A DNA stretch of 64,000 bases from Octopus sinensis. Taxonomy: Eukaryota. The position numbers and the translations under genes were made by a program. The notes beneath the pieces are model-generated. The model was not told the origin of the DNA. It saw only the letters and a program-made list of their open reading frames with translations, and did not search any database. This document shows positions 24,163 through 37,153 of this stretch, in pieces. The stretch's first letter is position 1. The number at the start of each line of letters is the position of its first letter. The stretch spans positions 6,138,001 through 6,202,000 of the forward strand of contig NC_043010.1 in the NCBI RefSeq assembly GCF_006345805.1, read 5' to 3'.

Positions 24163-26556
24163 CTGAGTGGTTCCATGGCAGATGTTATGTCGATTGAAAG
24201 GTAATGTAGAACATTTCTGTGTTGATTGAGGGTAAAGCTCCTTTCTCGATATTGTCGCCTGAGAAACTGCAGGATTAATTCCTGGGTGTGTTGTTAATAT
24301 AACTTCTTGACTGTCACTTTGGGGAGGCATTGGGTTACATCTATACTCAGACTGTCTTCTTTCATTCGGAAATTTCTGACCCTGTTCGCGCCTTTCACAG
24401 TAAAGGATTTCCCTCCGATGGTTCCTCCTCACAATGCACACTGTGATGGAGACCACAATAGTTATAGATACAATAACTGCTGCCACTAGTATAATAACCA
24501 TCACATTGATAGGTATTTCTCTGGTTGACAGTTTGTGAAGACTTGTTGAAAATTTGGAAGTACTATTGCTGACTGTCAGTTTCAAAGTTAATGAAGTTGT
24601 TGTTGACAAAACTGGAGTGCCACTATCTTTAACAGACAAATTCAGTTTATAGAAACCAGCATCAACTTTGTAAACAGAGCGAGAAAAAGACATGACTCCA
24701 GAATACATGTCAAGGGAAAATAATTTCTTGTCATTGCCATCAAGAATTTCATATTGAAGGAAAGAATTCAATTGACTATCTCTGTCGTATGCTCTGAGGG
24801 TTGTGATGGCTTTTTGTCTTTGAGGATGGTAATGGACTTTAAGGTGGAATGGATCAACTCCAGGAAAAGTGAAATATGGAACGTTATCATTTTTATCCAT
24901 AATTTCAACAATGACATTTGCTGTATTTCTCAATGAGGGTGTTCCATTGTCTTTGACCACAACTACCAATCTGTATCTGTCTTGCTTCTCTCTATCCAGT
25001 GACTGTGTTGTTGTAATGTATCCGAAGTGGGAAATTTTAAAAGGAAGTAAATTTTCAGTAGAATTCATGAGATAATAGGTCAGGTGACCACCTGCACCCA
25101 GATCTGGATCAGTGGCATTGATTAGACCAATTGGAAAGTCTGGTTCTCCATTTTCATATGTAAAAAATTGAAAGCTTTCCTGGCTGAACTGAGGTTTTAC
25201 ATCATTGATATCTGTCACTTGTATAGAAATTTTTCTAACAGCTGTCTTTGGAGGAGTGCCTCTGTCTTGACAAGATATGTTAAAATCAATGTAGCTGTTT
25301 GCTTCCCTGTCTATGGTATTCTTCACAACTATTTTATATTTCTTGTCATCCAGTGGCTGAAGAATAAATTTATCATGTTCCAGTTGACAACTTACTTGCC
25401 CATTGCTTCCAATATCATTGTCAATGACCTTCACATATGCTACAAAGCTACCAATATCAACATCTTCAGAAATGCTGGCCGTGTCTTCATTTGTCTGTGA
25501 AAAGAAGTTGAGTTCTATACTTGGGCTCGAGTTATCCTGATTTTCAATGTTGATTTGTAGAATGGCTGTTGAGCTCATTGATGGACTGCCGCCATCTCTG
25601 GCATCAATATACAACAAATATTTGTGTTTCTTATTAAATGAGATATTATTTGACAAGAATACTTCTCCTGTTGTCATGTTTACTTTGAAATGTAATTTGG
25701 CCAACGGTATGGTTTTGGGATGGAAATGGTAAGAGACTTTTCCATTTCTTCCAGCATCAATATCACTTGCTTGTAACCTAACAATGGGTTTGTCTGTTTG
25801 GTGTGTATTATTTAGTGAAATATTATAGGTATTTTGAGCAAATATTGGTGCATTATCATTTTCATCTGTGACAATTATCTCAATATTTAAAACACCTACT
25901 TTTGGTGGAGTGCCTCCATCTTTAGCAATTACTTGTACAAAGTAAGTGTCTTTCACTTCTCGATCTAATTCTTCCATTAGAATGACAGCAAGCCTAGAAT
26001 TCCCACCATGTTCTTCAGAAACCGATAGCTGGAAAGGTTCTTTGAAATTTTCTTTGAATTCATAACTAATCAAAGAATTCTGTTCACTGATATCTCTGTC
26101 TCTAGCAGCTGGGACTGGTATTTTTGCTCCTTCACTCTCTCTTTCGGAGAATTGAAGACTAATATGTTTGGAAGGAAACGTTGGTGCATTATCATTCACA
26201 TCATTTATCGTAATCTTTACGTCTAAGATTTTAATAAATGATTTCTTATTCCGGACAGCAACTTCTAATGTTCTGTAACACTCAAGTTGATATAAACACA
26301 AGGATTCAGCGTCCAGGGGCTGAGCAGTGTAAAGTTTCCCTTCTTTGGTCACAATGAATAAATCAGAATTTTCTTTGTTTTTCAAAATAATGAATGTTAG
26401 TGCCTCTGATGTGGTACTCCAGAGTGACTTTGAGGCATCGGCTGCAATATCCCCGATAAAAATGTTGGATGTTTCGTGTTCATCAGTATTGTAGACTATA
26501 TCAAAACCAACAGCTGCAGAAATCCATGATAATAGCAAACACACTCGTGCAAACAT
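24163..26556 (-). CDS. Pcdh: Protocadherin large exon: signal peptide, EC1-EC6, TM and membrane-proximal tail (full model join 26556-24163, 20807-20648, 16974-16724 = 934 aa)
   Basis: The 811-aa ORF has six cadherin repeats (DVNDNAP, DENDNAP, NQDNSSP, DINDVKP, DKNDNVP; DRE and DxD motifs) and a TM segment (VMVIILVAAVIVSITIVVSITVCIV) followed by RRNHRR. Consensus donor CAG|GTAAGT after codon 798 (GT at 24162-24161). Acceptor ttttttttatcttcAG at 26625-26624, so the exon begins at 26623 in the 5'UTR. Confidence 0.97.
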
Positions 26557-27035
26557 TCTTCAGTTGAGCAAATTCCAAAATAATTAAAACGGTTTCCAGT
26601 TTTAGGAATCTCTGTTGGTGATCCTGAAGATAAAAAAAAATATGTTTAAATTGAAAATTCAACTTTACATACCTTCAGTAAAAGTAAAACGTGTTAACAG
26701 ATTTATCAAAGAACTTGTAAATTATGATTAAACTTTTCATTTCTGGAGTAAAGCCCTCGTATCCAGCAGAACCCCACCGCCTCCATCAAATAAATGTAGA
26801 ATAAAAGAATAGTAGAAGCTTAGCATTTAAAATATAATTGTTACTGTTGTTATGGTTTTCATTGCCATCATCATCATCATCATCATTGTTGTCATCACCA
26901 TCGTCGTCGTCGTCATTGTCATCGTCATCATCGTCATCGTCATCATCATCATCTTCACAAAATTTTTGTCTATCCCATTCTGATTTGAGTTGAATAGGTC
27001 AGCTGCACTATATATATTTACACACACATACACAC

Positions 27036-27061
<26 letters not shown>

Positions 27062-27066
<5 letters not shown>

Positions 27067-27359
27067 TGTATAAAGGATCGCGGATAAGGCCAAAACAATG
27101 CAAAGCAAATGCAAGGTAAATCACAAGAAAACAAATAAGTGAATTAATGTAGACTTACCTTGTATTCAATATTTCGGGGTTATGACTCCATTTGCAAGAA
27201 ATTGAGTCTACTGAGTTAATTTCTTGAAAATGGGGTCATAACCCCAAAATATTGAATAGAAGGTAAGTCTACATTAATTCACATATTTGTTTTCTTGTGA
27301 TTTACCTTGCATTTGCTTTGCATTGTGTTGGCCTTACCCACGATCCTTTATACAATATA
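27062..27359. repeat. Near-perfect fold-back (142-bp arms, 14-nt loop, 8 mismatches)
   Basis: 27062-27203 is the reverse complement of 27218-27359; each arm carries AGGTAAGT. Confidence 0.9.
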
Positions 27360-27413
27360 CTCTACACAATGCTTCATAGTAGTTATTCCATTATAATATA
27401 TATATATATACGT

Positions 27414-27735
27414 GAGAGCGCGTGGCTTAGTGGTTAGGGCATTCGGCTCATGGTCGTAAGGTTGTGAGTTCGATTCCCGGCGACGCGTTGTGTCCTTGAG
27501 CAAGACACTTTATTTCACGTTGCTCCAGTCCACTCAGCTGACAAAAATGAGTTGTACTTGTATTTCAAAGGGTCAGCCTTGTCACTCTCTGTGTCACGCT
27601 GATTATCCCCGAGAACTATGTTAAGGGTACACGTGTCTGTGGAATGCTCAGCCATTTGCATGTTAATTTCACGAGCAAGCTGTTCCGTTGATCGTATCAG
27701 CTGGGACCCTCGTCGTCGTAACCGGCGGAGTCTTT
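27414..27735 (+). mobile_element. tRNA-derived SINE family D
   Basis: A box tggcttagtggtt and B box gagttcgattccc, then tgtgtccttgagcaagacac. Other copies at about 6255-6570 (+), 36169-36541 (-) and 58300-58496 (-). Confidence 0.8.
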
Positions 27736-28849
27736 AAATATATATATACACACACACACACACATATGTATATATATACAAACATATATATACAGGCTGT
27801 GTGCTTAAGAAGTTTGCTTCATAGCCAAGTGGTTCCTGTCCAGTCTCACTTTGAAGCTACTGGAATGAGATCTTTTACCTTAGACTAACCAAATTCTTTT
27901 GAATGAATTTGGTAAACTGAACACACACACACACATACCACATACACATGCCACACACACACACACACACACACACGTGCATATTTGTATGTTCAAATAT
28001 ATGTATACAATCAATTTACGTTCATTTTCCTATGTTTGCATGAGTTAGATGAGTCTTCTCCAGCATAGTGTCTCACCTCTTGGTGCAGACACTCGTCATT
28101 TCTGAAATCATTTCTTCTCCTGGCATCCTTCATCTTCCTCTTTCACAAATTCCTTCTATTTGGATCTCTCGTACCATCTTTAGCTAAATGTCATTCACCA
28201 TATATATATATCATAAATCCAACTCCATGCCAGCACAACTTTCTGTTTGGCACACAAAACCTGATTCCGCTTATACCCACAATATATACATGCATGCATG
28301 GACTCCAAATACTGAACACATACACAAATCCTGATGATGTTAATTCCAATGATCAACCCTTGGATCTGGCAGAGAAACTGACTCTTTCTCTTCTAGGAAA
28401 AAATCTTGAAATAAAACTGAATAGTAACATGCAGCCATGCATATATACATACATACAGCGTTGCCTTACTGGCACATGTGCCAGTGACACACGAAAAACA
28501 ACATTCAAGCGTGGTCATTGGCAGTGCTGCAAGACTGGTTCCCATGCAGGTAGCACGTAAAAAGCACCATTTGAGCATGGTTGCTGCCAGAACCGCCTGA
28601 CTGGCCCTTGTGCTGGTGGCACATAAAAGCACCCTACACTCTCAGAGTGGTCGGCTTTAGGAAAGGCATCCATCTGTAGAAACTTTGCCAGATCAGATTG
28701 GAGCCTGGTGCAGCCTTCTGGCTCACCAGTCCTCAGTCAAACCGTCCAACCCATGCCAGCATGGAAAGCAGATGTTAAACGATGACGACGACCACTCCAA
28801 GAATGTAGTGTGTGCTTTTACATGCCACCAGTACAAGGGCCAGTCAATG

Positions 28850-29630
28850 CTTTTCCCTGGCACAAACCCAAATTGTATCTCATCTAGACTGACTCTCTCC
28901 CTAATTAGTTGGGTTATGACCCTCTCCGTGACCTTCATTACCTGATCCAACAACTTGATACCTCTGTAATTATTTATATCTAAGCATCACCTTTATCTTT
29001 GTAGCAGTTGACTACGGTGCTGCTACACCAGTCATTGGGTATGACTCCCTCATGTATCACCTGGTTAACTATACAGGTGACTAGGCTATAGCTGACACCG
29101 CCAGATATTTTGAGCATCACTGTGGTGATTCCCGATGGGCTGGGGGCTTTCCCTATCATCATACCCTTAATTGCTTTATCTACCAAGGTACTGTCAATTC
29201 GGATAGCTGGTCCCTCTGTTGGGTCAACATTCAGCAGACTCTCTTTCTCCCATTCATTCTCTTTATTTAGCAACCTTTCATCATGGCATCTCCAAACCTC
29301 TCTCAATGGAGTGTCATTTAATGTAAGCAAACCATCATCCATGCAGACATATTTCTCTCCTACGACATCACAATTCTCTCTCATACACTGTCTTGCAACT
29401 CAAAATACCTCAAGTCTTTGGTCCTCACAGAGCAGAATATTGATAAATTATTTCTTATCTGCTTCCCCTCTGGCTAAATAAACCTGTCTCCTAGCTTCAG
29501 CTTCCCTTTTGATAGTCTGATACAATTCACTGCTACCACCATTCTTCCAGTCCTTCCAAGCCTGTTTCTTTTCCCTAATAGCCCTGTCAACTACATTGTT
29601 CCACCACCACATTACCTTGCACCATCCACA
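28850..29630 (-). mobile_element. RTE-clade LINE ORF remnant (linker and start of RT)
   Basis: Fragments [39 protein letters not shown]...KAIKGMMIGKAPSPSGIT...IPNDWCSSTVVNCYKDKGDA and KVTERVI...QFGFVPGKS. Interrupted reading frame. Confidence 0.85.
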
Positions 29631-29695
29631 GATGTATATATATATATTTATATATATACACACACACACACATACACACAAATACATATATACAT

Positions 29696-29728
<33 letters not shown>

Positions 29729-29757
29729 CATACATATACATACATATATATATATAC

Positions 29758-29789
<32 letters not shown>

Positions 29790-29896
29790 CTTATGGGCTT
29801 CTTTCAGTTTACCAAGGCTTTGGTTGGCCCAAGGCTATAGTAGAAGACACTTGCCCAAGGTGCCACGCTGCAGGACTGAACCTGGAACATGTAGTT

Positions 29897-30240
29897 GGAA
29901 GCAAGCTTCTTACCACACCACCACACCCTGTGCCTATATATATACATATATAATATTACACATACAGCAGAGCTACTGGCTGTATTTCCTATATATTTTA
30001 CAATGCATATTTTACTCCCATGTTGTAACGCAGCTATATTATCACACTTGAGAGCAAGCACACAAGATATTCATTTCCTAGGAAGAGCACACTTGAACAT
30101 ACTGCATTTGGAAGCAAGCTTCTTACCACACAACCACACCTGTGCCTATATATATATACATATATAATATTACACATACAGCAGAGCATACTGGCTGTAT
30201 TTCCTATATATTTTACAATGCCTATATTTTACTCCCATGT
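29897..30240. repeat. Local direct duplication of about 125 bp (29897-30022 and 30108-30240)
   Basis: Two copies of ttggaagcaagcttcttaccacac...ggctgtatttcctatatattttacaatgc...tactcccatgt. Confidence 0.75.
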
Positions 30241-30783
30241 AATTCACACTTATCTATGAGCATTATACAGTTGAAACGAGTATTCTTTTGTTTCTAGCAG
30301 AAGCATAATTCCTGAGACTTTTCACACTTCTTTTCTTTCACTGGGTGCTCTGCTTATGAAGCACTTATCTTCATGTTAATAGAGGTACCTAAATGAAATA
30401 AGGTATTAATTACTTCTCAGATTTTGAAGGAATGCATTTCGCAAGTGCATTGACTGCTAACTACATCAGTGCATCAACCACATGCGGACTGTGTCTTTTT
30501 TTAGCCTGCCTGCAATACTGCTACCTCAGTACCATAGTTTACTGTAGATCTGTTGTGCGGAATATAAACACATATATATTGTTGCACAGGCAATATTTGA
30601 CTTCTTTTCTATCCAAAAAGCTTTTAACCCAATATTTACATGCTAATTTTTTATAGCTTTATCTGCTTCAAGATTCACTGTTCTGAGAAGGAATTATATA
30701 TATATATATTTTTCAATATGTGACCGCATGTGTATCGTTGGCAATTTTCTTTCTCTGTCTTCCCTTCTTTGGACTTTTACAAT

Positions 30784-30818
30784 ATTTCTGATGAAGAGCT
30801 CTGCTCGAAATATGAAAT
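30784..30818 (+). ncRNA. Degenerate minimal hammerhead ribozyme motif within a probable Penelope-like terminal repeat remnant
   Basis: attt-CTGATGA-a-GAGC-tct-GCTC-GAAA-tatg-aaat: intact core and stem II, but the cleavage site reads NUG and stem III is mutated. Confidence 0.5.
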
Positions 30819-30912
30819 CCTCTTTCTTTTGTTTCCTTTTCTGAGCATCCAATAACACTGTACTTATTCCATGTCGTGTTGTTTTTTCTTGCTTGTTCAT
30901 GTTTGAATTGAC

Positions 30913-30954
<42 letters not shown>

Positions 30955-31379
30955 TGTATGCATAGTTTGATAAAAAATTTTCTACATGGGTAAATGTAGT
31001 CAAAGATATAAAAAGAAAGGGGTCGATTTGATTCGACTAAAGGTCGTGCTCCAGCATAACCGGAGTCAAATGACTGAAACAAGTAAAAGAGTAAAGAGAA
31101 TAAGAGCCTGGTGTACTATCAGAGTGCTTATAAAGTTTTTTTCCCAGATTGCCAATCCTTCACTAATAATTCTGTAATATATGTATGTGTGTGTATGTAT
31201 GCACAAAAGTGTATATATATATATATATACTACTGCTCTCAACTGTGGTCACCCTGCTGTGTCAAATTAATAGCAGAACTCCTGGCAGTTTAGAGGTGCT
31301 ACCCCAGAAAGATTACATCAATGGAACAACTGAGCTACTGGGTGAGATTGAAAGAACTACGACTCTGCTCCCTGGAGTG

Positions 31380-31730
31380 AAGATGGGAAAGGTATGCACT
31401 GATATATGTATAGAAGATTATGGAGGGGCTGCACCAAACTTTGGTATTGAGAGATATACCAACCCCTAATCTGGATGTCACGGCACTGTTCCGAAGGTCC
31501 CAGGTATCCTGTCTAGAGCGAAGACCATGCACTGCAATAGCTTGCGATTCAAGGGCCCACAGCTATTTAACACGTCTGAGCGATCTTCATGGAGTAGGGG
31601 TAGGTGTTTTCAAGAAACAACTTGACCTACTGCTATCTGAGGTCCCTGATGGACCCATATCAAGGCAGGAAACTCAAAAGAGAGTAACAGTGTCAAACTC
31701 CTTCCTTCACCAAAAGCCAATCACATAAGA
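31380..31730 (+). mobile_element. Non-LTR retrotransposon 3' remnant (CR1/L2 group)
   Basis: ORF 31420-31728 contains FKKQLDLLLSEVPDGP...SNSFLHQ, resembling the ORF2 C-terminus FK..LD..L..VPDEP...SNSL. Confidence 0.55.
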
Positions 31731-32235
31731 TTGGCCATTGGAAAGGTGATTACACTGGTGGTGCCCCAGCATAGCCACAGCCTTAGGACTGAAACATAAT
31801 AAATAGAATATGCATGCATACAAACATACACACACACGTGTGTGTGTGTGGCACGTAAAAGCACCATCCGTTTGTGTCCGTTGCCAGCATCGCCTGGCCC
31901 CGTGCCGGTGACACGTAAAAGCACCATCCATTCGTGGCCGTTTGCCAGCTCTGTCTGGCACCTGTGCAGGTGGCACGTAAAAAACACCCACTACACTCGC
32001 GGAGTGGTTGGCGTTAGGAAGGGCATCCAGCCGTAGAAACACTGCCAGATCTGACTGGGCCTGACGAAGCCTTCCAGCTTCACAGACCCCAGTTGACCCG
32101 TCCAACCCATGCTAGCATGGAAAGCGGACGCTAAATGATGATGATGATGATGATGATGATATACATACACACACACATGTGTTTGTATGTGTGTGTGTAT
32201 GCATACATATATATGTGTATATGGTGTGTGTGTGG

Positions 32236-32267
<32 letters not shown>

Positions 32268-32539
32268 TACATATTTATAAATTGTCTAACAAAATTTCTC
32301 TGCATTTTCCTTATTTATATCATATATATATAAATACATTTCCTATTCATATGAGATTATTTAGATGAAACACGCAGAAGTACATCACAAGTACTTGTCG
32401 CATACTTTAAATTGCTTGCTCCTACCCCCTGTATCTGAAGAGTAAATATCTCACAAAACAGGCACCCTCCCACTCATAGAAATATTGTTTTAGAAATAGA
32501 ACTTTTAGAAGGTAATCTAACCCCCTTATACATACATTC

Positions 32540-32603
32540 ATAAATGCATGTAAAATATGTGTGTACATATGTGTATGTGTATAAATAAATGTATGTATAT
32601 ACA

Positions 32604-32648
<45 letters not shown>

Positions 32649-32865
32649 TATATATATTATATACATATACATATACATATATAATACACAATATTATACA
32701 TATATATATATACATATATATATATATACATACATATATATATCATATATAATAATATATATATATATATACAATACATATACATATATATATACATATA
32801 TATATACATTATATAATATACCTATATATATATATAATACATACTATAATACATATATATATATA

Positions 32866-32901
<36 letters not shown>

Positions 32902-32966
32902 TATATATGTATATACATGCATATATATATACATATACATACATACATATATACATACATACACAG

Positions 32967-33009
<43 letters not shown>

Positions 33010-33019
33010 ATATATAACA

Positions 33020-33071
<52 letters not shown>

Positions 33072-33088
33072 TATATATATACACACAC

Positions 33089-33136
<48 letters not shown>

Positions 33137-33160
33137 TATTACATATATATTTACATTATG
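32540..33160. repeat. (TA)n-rich microsatellite
   Basis: Source of the 234-aa YIYI ORF. Confidence 0.95.
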
Positions 33161-33654
33161 GGTTAGAAGCAACTCATGATATAAACATTATAAGCATCCC
33201 ATACTCACAACATATGCATGTTGTTAAAAGCCAGGAGCGGCGGTTTTGCCTTTTTTTTTAAAGGGATCTTTCCCAGACAGAAATAACACAGCTCCTGGAG
33301 TTCAACAACTTAATAACATACATACGTCAATATGTGATATTGGTACCTTAAAATATCTTAATATTTGTATATATTATACCTTAATATGTATGGCATATGG
33401 CATATTTTCTTGTATTCTTTCTTTCATTTTAGCTATCGTCATGTTTTATTATTTCATTGTTCTTCAAACAAATTCGTTATTTACTGAGTGCTTTGATAAG
33501 ACGCTTTGCATGACAAAGCATTTTCATTATTATCTACTACATAATTATTTCTATTATAACTGTTACTAACGGGGCCATATTGCCTCAATAAACTCTATCC
33601 AACTCAAGCAAGAAATGGAAAAATGGATGTTAAAATGGTGCTGATTTATACACA

Positions 33655-33690
<36 letters not shown>

Positions 33691-33724
33691 ATTATATATA
33701 TATATATACTATATATATCATATA

Positions 33725-33767
<43 letters not shown>

Positions 33768-33788
33768 ATATATAACACACACACACAC

Positions 33789-33848
<60 letters not shown>

Positions 33849-34529
33849 CATATATCATCATCATCATCATCATTGCCGCCAACACCACCACTACCACCAT
33901 TAATTTAATGTCCACTTATCTATGCTTGTATGAATTGGACCCAGTTTATTGATGCAGATTTTCAATGGCCGGATGCCCTTCCTGTTGACAACCTTCACTT
34001 GTTTCCATGCAAATCAATATTTCCTCATGGCCCAAACAGGCTTTTGCTGAATATTCAAAACGAATGACATTCTTTCGCAACATTCACACAATATCAAGAC
34101 GAAGACACACACACACACACACATACACACACATATACACAACACATTCATATATTACTAGTTTCTTTCAGTTTCTTTTTTCTTTATTGCCCACAAGGGG
34201 CTAAACACAGAGGGGACAAACAAGGACAGACAAATGGATTAAGTCGATAACATCGACCCCAGTGTGTAACTGGTACTTAATTTATCGACCCCGAAAGGAT
34301 GCAAGGCAAAGTCGACCTTGGCAGAATTTGAACTCAGAACGTAACGGCAGACAAAATACCGCTAAGCATTTTGCCTGGCGTGATAACATTTCTACCAGTT
34401 CTCTGCCTTTCAGTTTCTGTCAACCAAATCCAGTCACAAAGGTTTGGTTGGCCCAAGGCTATTGTAGCCCAAGGTACTCAACATTAGGATTGAACCTAAA
34501 AGCAAGTGATTGGGAAGTAAATTTCTTAA

Positions 34530-34750
34530 CCCTTTCGTTACTGTATTCATTTTGAGATGCTCTGTTTTTCTCTCAATTATTTTAAATATAACAAAGAATT
34601 TAGTAAAATAACATAGTTATCATTAATCTAGTGCTAGGAACATTAATTGTGACTAAGGTTTGATGGAAGATTTTAATTCAAAACTTATGAAAACAAGACA
34701 TTTGTACTACAGAGCCAGAGCCGGTTTCAGCCGGGTTAGTAACGAAAGGG
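34530..34750. mobile_element. piggyBac-like MITE (TTAA TSD)
   Basis: TTAA|CCCTTTCGTTAC ... GTAACGAAAGGG|TTAA. A second, inverted copy lies at 47213-47432. Confidence 0.85.
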
Positions 34751-35697
34751 TTAAACATGCAATTGATTTGACTCAGAACACCAGATTTCGACATTCATAG
34801 CATATTCAACCAGTTTGGTTACATAGGCCATTAAAGGTGTATTTAAGGTTCCATTCAAATCAATACTCTCAATAAATTTTGGTCTTCTTAAGGTATAGTG
34901 TACTATCATCAATGAATAATTGCTGTTTTGTTAATAATAATATTTACATACATTATTTACATTTGACGGACAAAAGATGAGGACAAAGATCCGTCAAATG
35001 TAAATAATGCAAATAATGTACATAATTCCTCATCTCTTAAATATAGGACCACGCATTGAATTGAACCAGGGGCAGCTGATGAAGGGGAATATTCCTTGTG
35101 TTGTTTGTCTTGTACTCTGGTTTTTTTCGTTGTTAAAAAAATCCGTTTCCTCCTTGTTTTGGTTTTTTATGTTTTCATTCTCGTTGTGTTCTACTTTTAT
35201 TTGTGGTGTTCCTGTACTCTTATATATATTATATCATCATCATCATCAATCATCATCACATCACACATCAATCATTTAGCGTCCTGCTTTCCATGCTAGT
35301 GCATGGTTGGACGGTTCAACAACTGGGGTCTGTGAAGCCAGAAGTCTACACCAGGCCCCAGTCAATCTGGCAGTGTTTCTACGGCTGGATGCCCTTCCTA
35401 ACGCCAACCACGTCTTCCGCAAGTGTAGTGGGGTGCTTTTTATTACGTGCCACCCGACGGTGCCAGACAGAGCTGGCAAACGGCCACGAACGATGGTGCT
35501 TTTTATGTGCCACACCGGGGCACGAGGGCCAGGCGGGCCTGTCAACGGACACCGACGGATGGTGCTTTTTTACCATGCATGTATATATCTATAGATGTAG
35601 GTATGTACATATATGTATGCATGTATGCATATGTTTTATTTGTTAAATTGTTATTATAATAATATCTACATACATATATATATGTGGTGTGTGTGTG

Positions 35698-35729
<32 letters not shown>

Positions 35730-36168
35730 TGTATGTATGTATGTATGTAGGAGACGATGCTAGATGTGTCGAAACAATTGTTGTGATAAATAATATACTC
35801 TCGTATATTCCATCTTCTGTCTTTCATTTGTTTTTTATATATATGTATATATATCTATATATTCATATGCAGTTAAGTTTAAGTCCAGTCATAGAGTGAC
35901 CCATGGTTTCACATCCATAAAGGGCTTAGCCCGATGGACAGCTTATCAGACTCCAAAGCCAAAGACATATAACTCTTCAACTCTCGGGAGGCAGGAATCC
36001 GTTATAATCACTTAGTTAGTAAGTAACCAAAAAATAAACAACCTGGGTCGGCAAGGATGAATATATGTGTATGTGTAACAAAATGTGTATCATACATAAA
36101 GTAGATACATTATTGAACACCTAATTAATTTCAGTGTTCATCCTGAGATAGCATCTCTTGGTGGAAGC

Positions 36169-36541
36169 ACTCCGTCGGTTACGACGACGAGGGTTCCGGT
36201 TGATCCGAATCAACGGAACAGCCCTGCTCGTGAAATTAACGTGTAAGTGGCTGAGCACTCCCAGACACGTGCCCCTATACCGTAGTTCTCAGGGATATTC
36301 AGCGTGACACAGAGGTGACAAGGCCGGCCCTTTGAATACAGGTACACCAGAAACAGGAACGTAAGAGGAGAGAAATTGTGGTGAAAGAGTACAGCAGGGA
36401 TCACCACCATCCCCTGCCGGAGCCTCGAGGAGCTTTAGGTGTTTTCGCTCAATAAACACTCACAACGCCCGGTCTGGAATCGAAACGCGCCTCCTATGAC
36501 CACGAGTCCGCTGCCCTAACCACTGGGCCATTGCGCCTCCA
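36169..36541 (-). mobile_element. SINE family D
   Basis: Reverse-orientation homologue of 27414-27735. Confidence 0.75.
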
Positions 36542-37153
36542 CAGTATCTCTTATAGACATAGTGTTAAAAGATGCAGAAGTATATCAGTAGCAGATGAAA
36601 TTTGTTCTGCAGAGAGGTAGTGATCACATTGCTAAATGTGCATTTCTCCATCTTTGGGCTTTGTCAATAAGAAGTTTCCATTGGTAACTTTATGCTAAGA
36701 CAAAATCTGCCATTGCTAGTAAAAACATTGACTGAAAAAGCATTGATATCACACAGTGAAATTGAACCTAAGACCTAATGGTTGGGAGCAGCTTCACACA
36801 TCTGCTTTGTATGATATATTCTAAATTCCAACTTGTTCTACTTTATGCACAAAAAAAAAAAAAAACTTTGTTGTCATAACCCTAAACGATTTAATTAATT
36901 TCAAATTTCATATGGAGTCATTCACAAGTTGTTATGAAATGAGTGGAGGCTGGTGCTATTAAGCACATGTGTAATTGCTATCCACACACAGCCGTTAACC
37001 AATGCCTTATGAATGAATTCGGAAGAGGAAACTCGGTTGAAATAAGTAGTATAAATGTGTGTGTGTGTGTGTATCTCACTGAATGATAACTGATGTTGGG
37101 TTGTTTATATCTTCTAATGATGCTGTTCAGCAAAAGGAGACTTATGGAATAAG

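Noticed and set aside
26624-26672. AAG|GTATGT donor 49 nt upstream of the main acceptor (possible micro-intron)
   Set aside because: 49 nt is very short for a spliceosomal intron, and nothing else supports an exon at 26673; left unresolved without RNA data.
27414-27480. tRNA-like sequences at SINE heads
   Set aside because: They continue directly into SINE bodies and lack a complete cloverleaf, so they are not tRNA genes.
35086-35105. CTGATGA plus a stem (also on the minus strand near 23190 and 52870)
   Set aside because: No GAAA, stem III or UH follows, so it is not a hammerhead.
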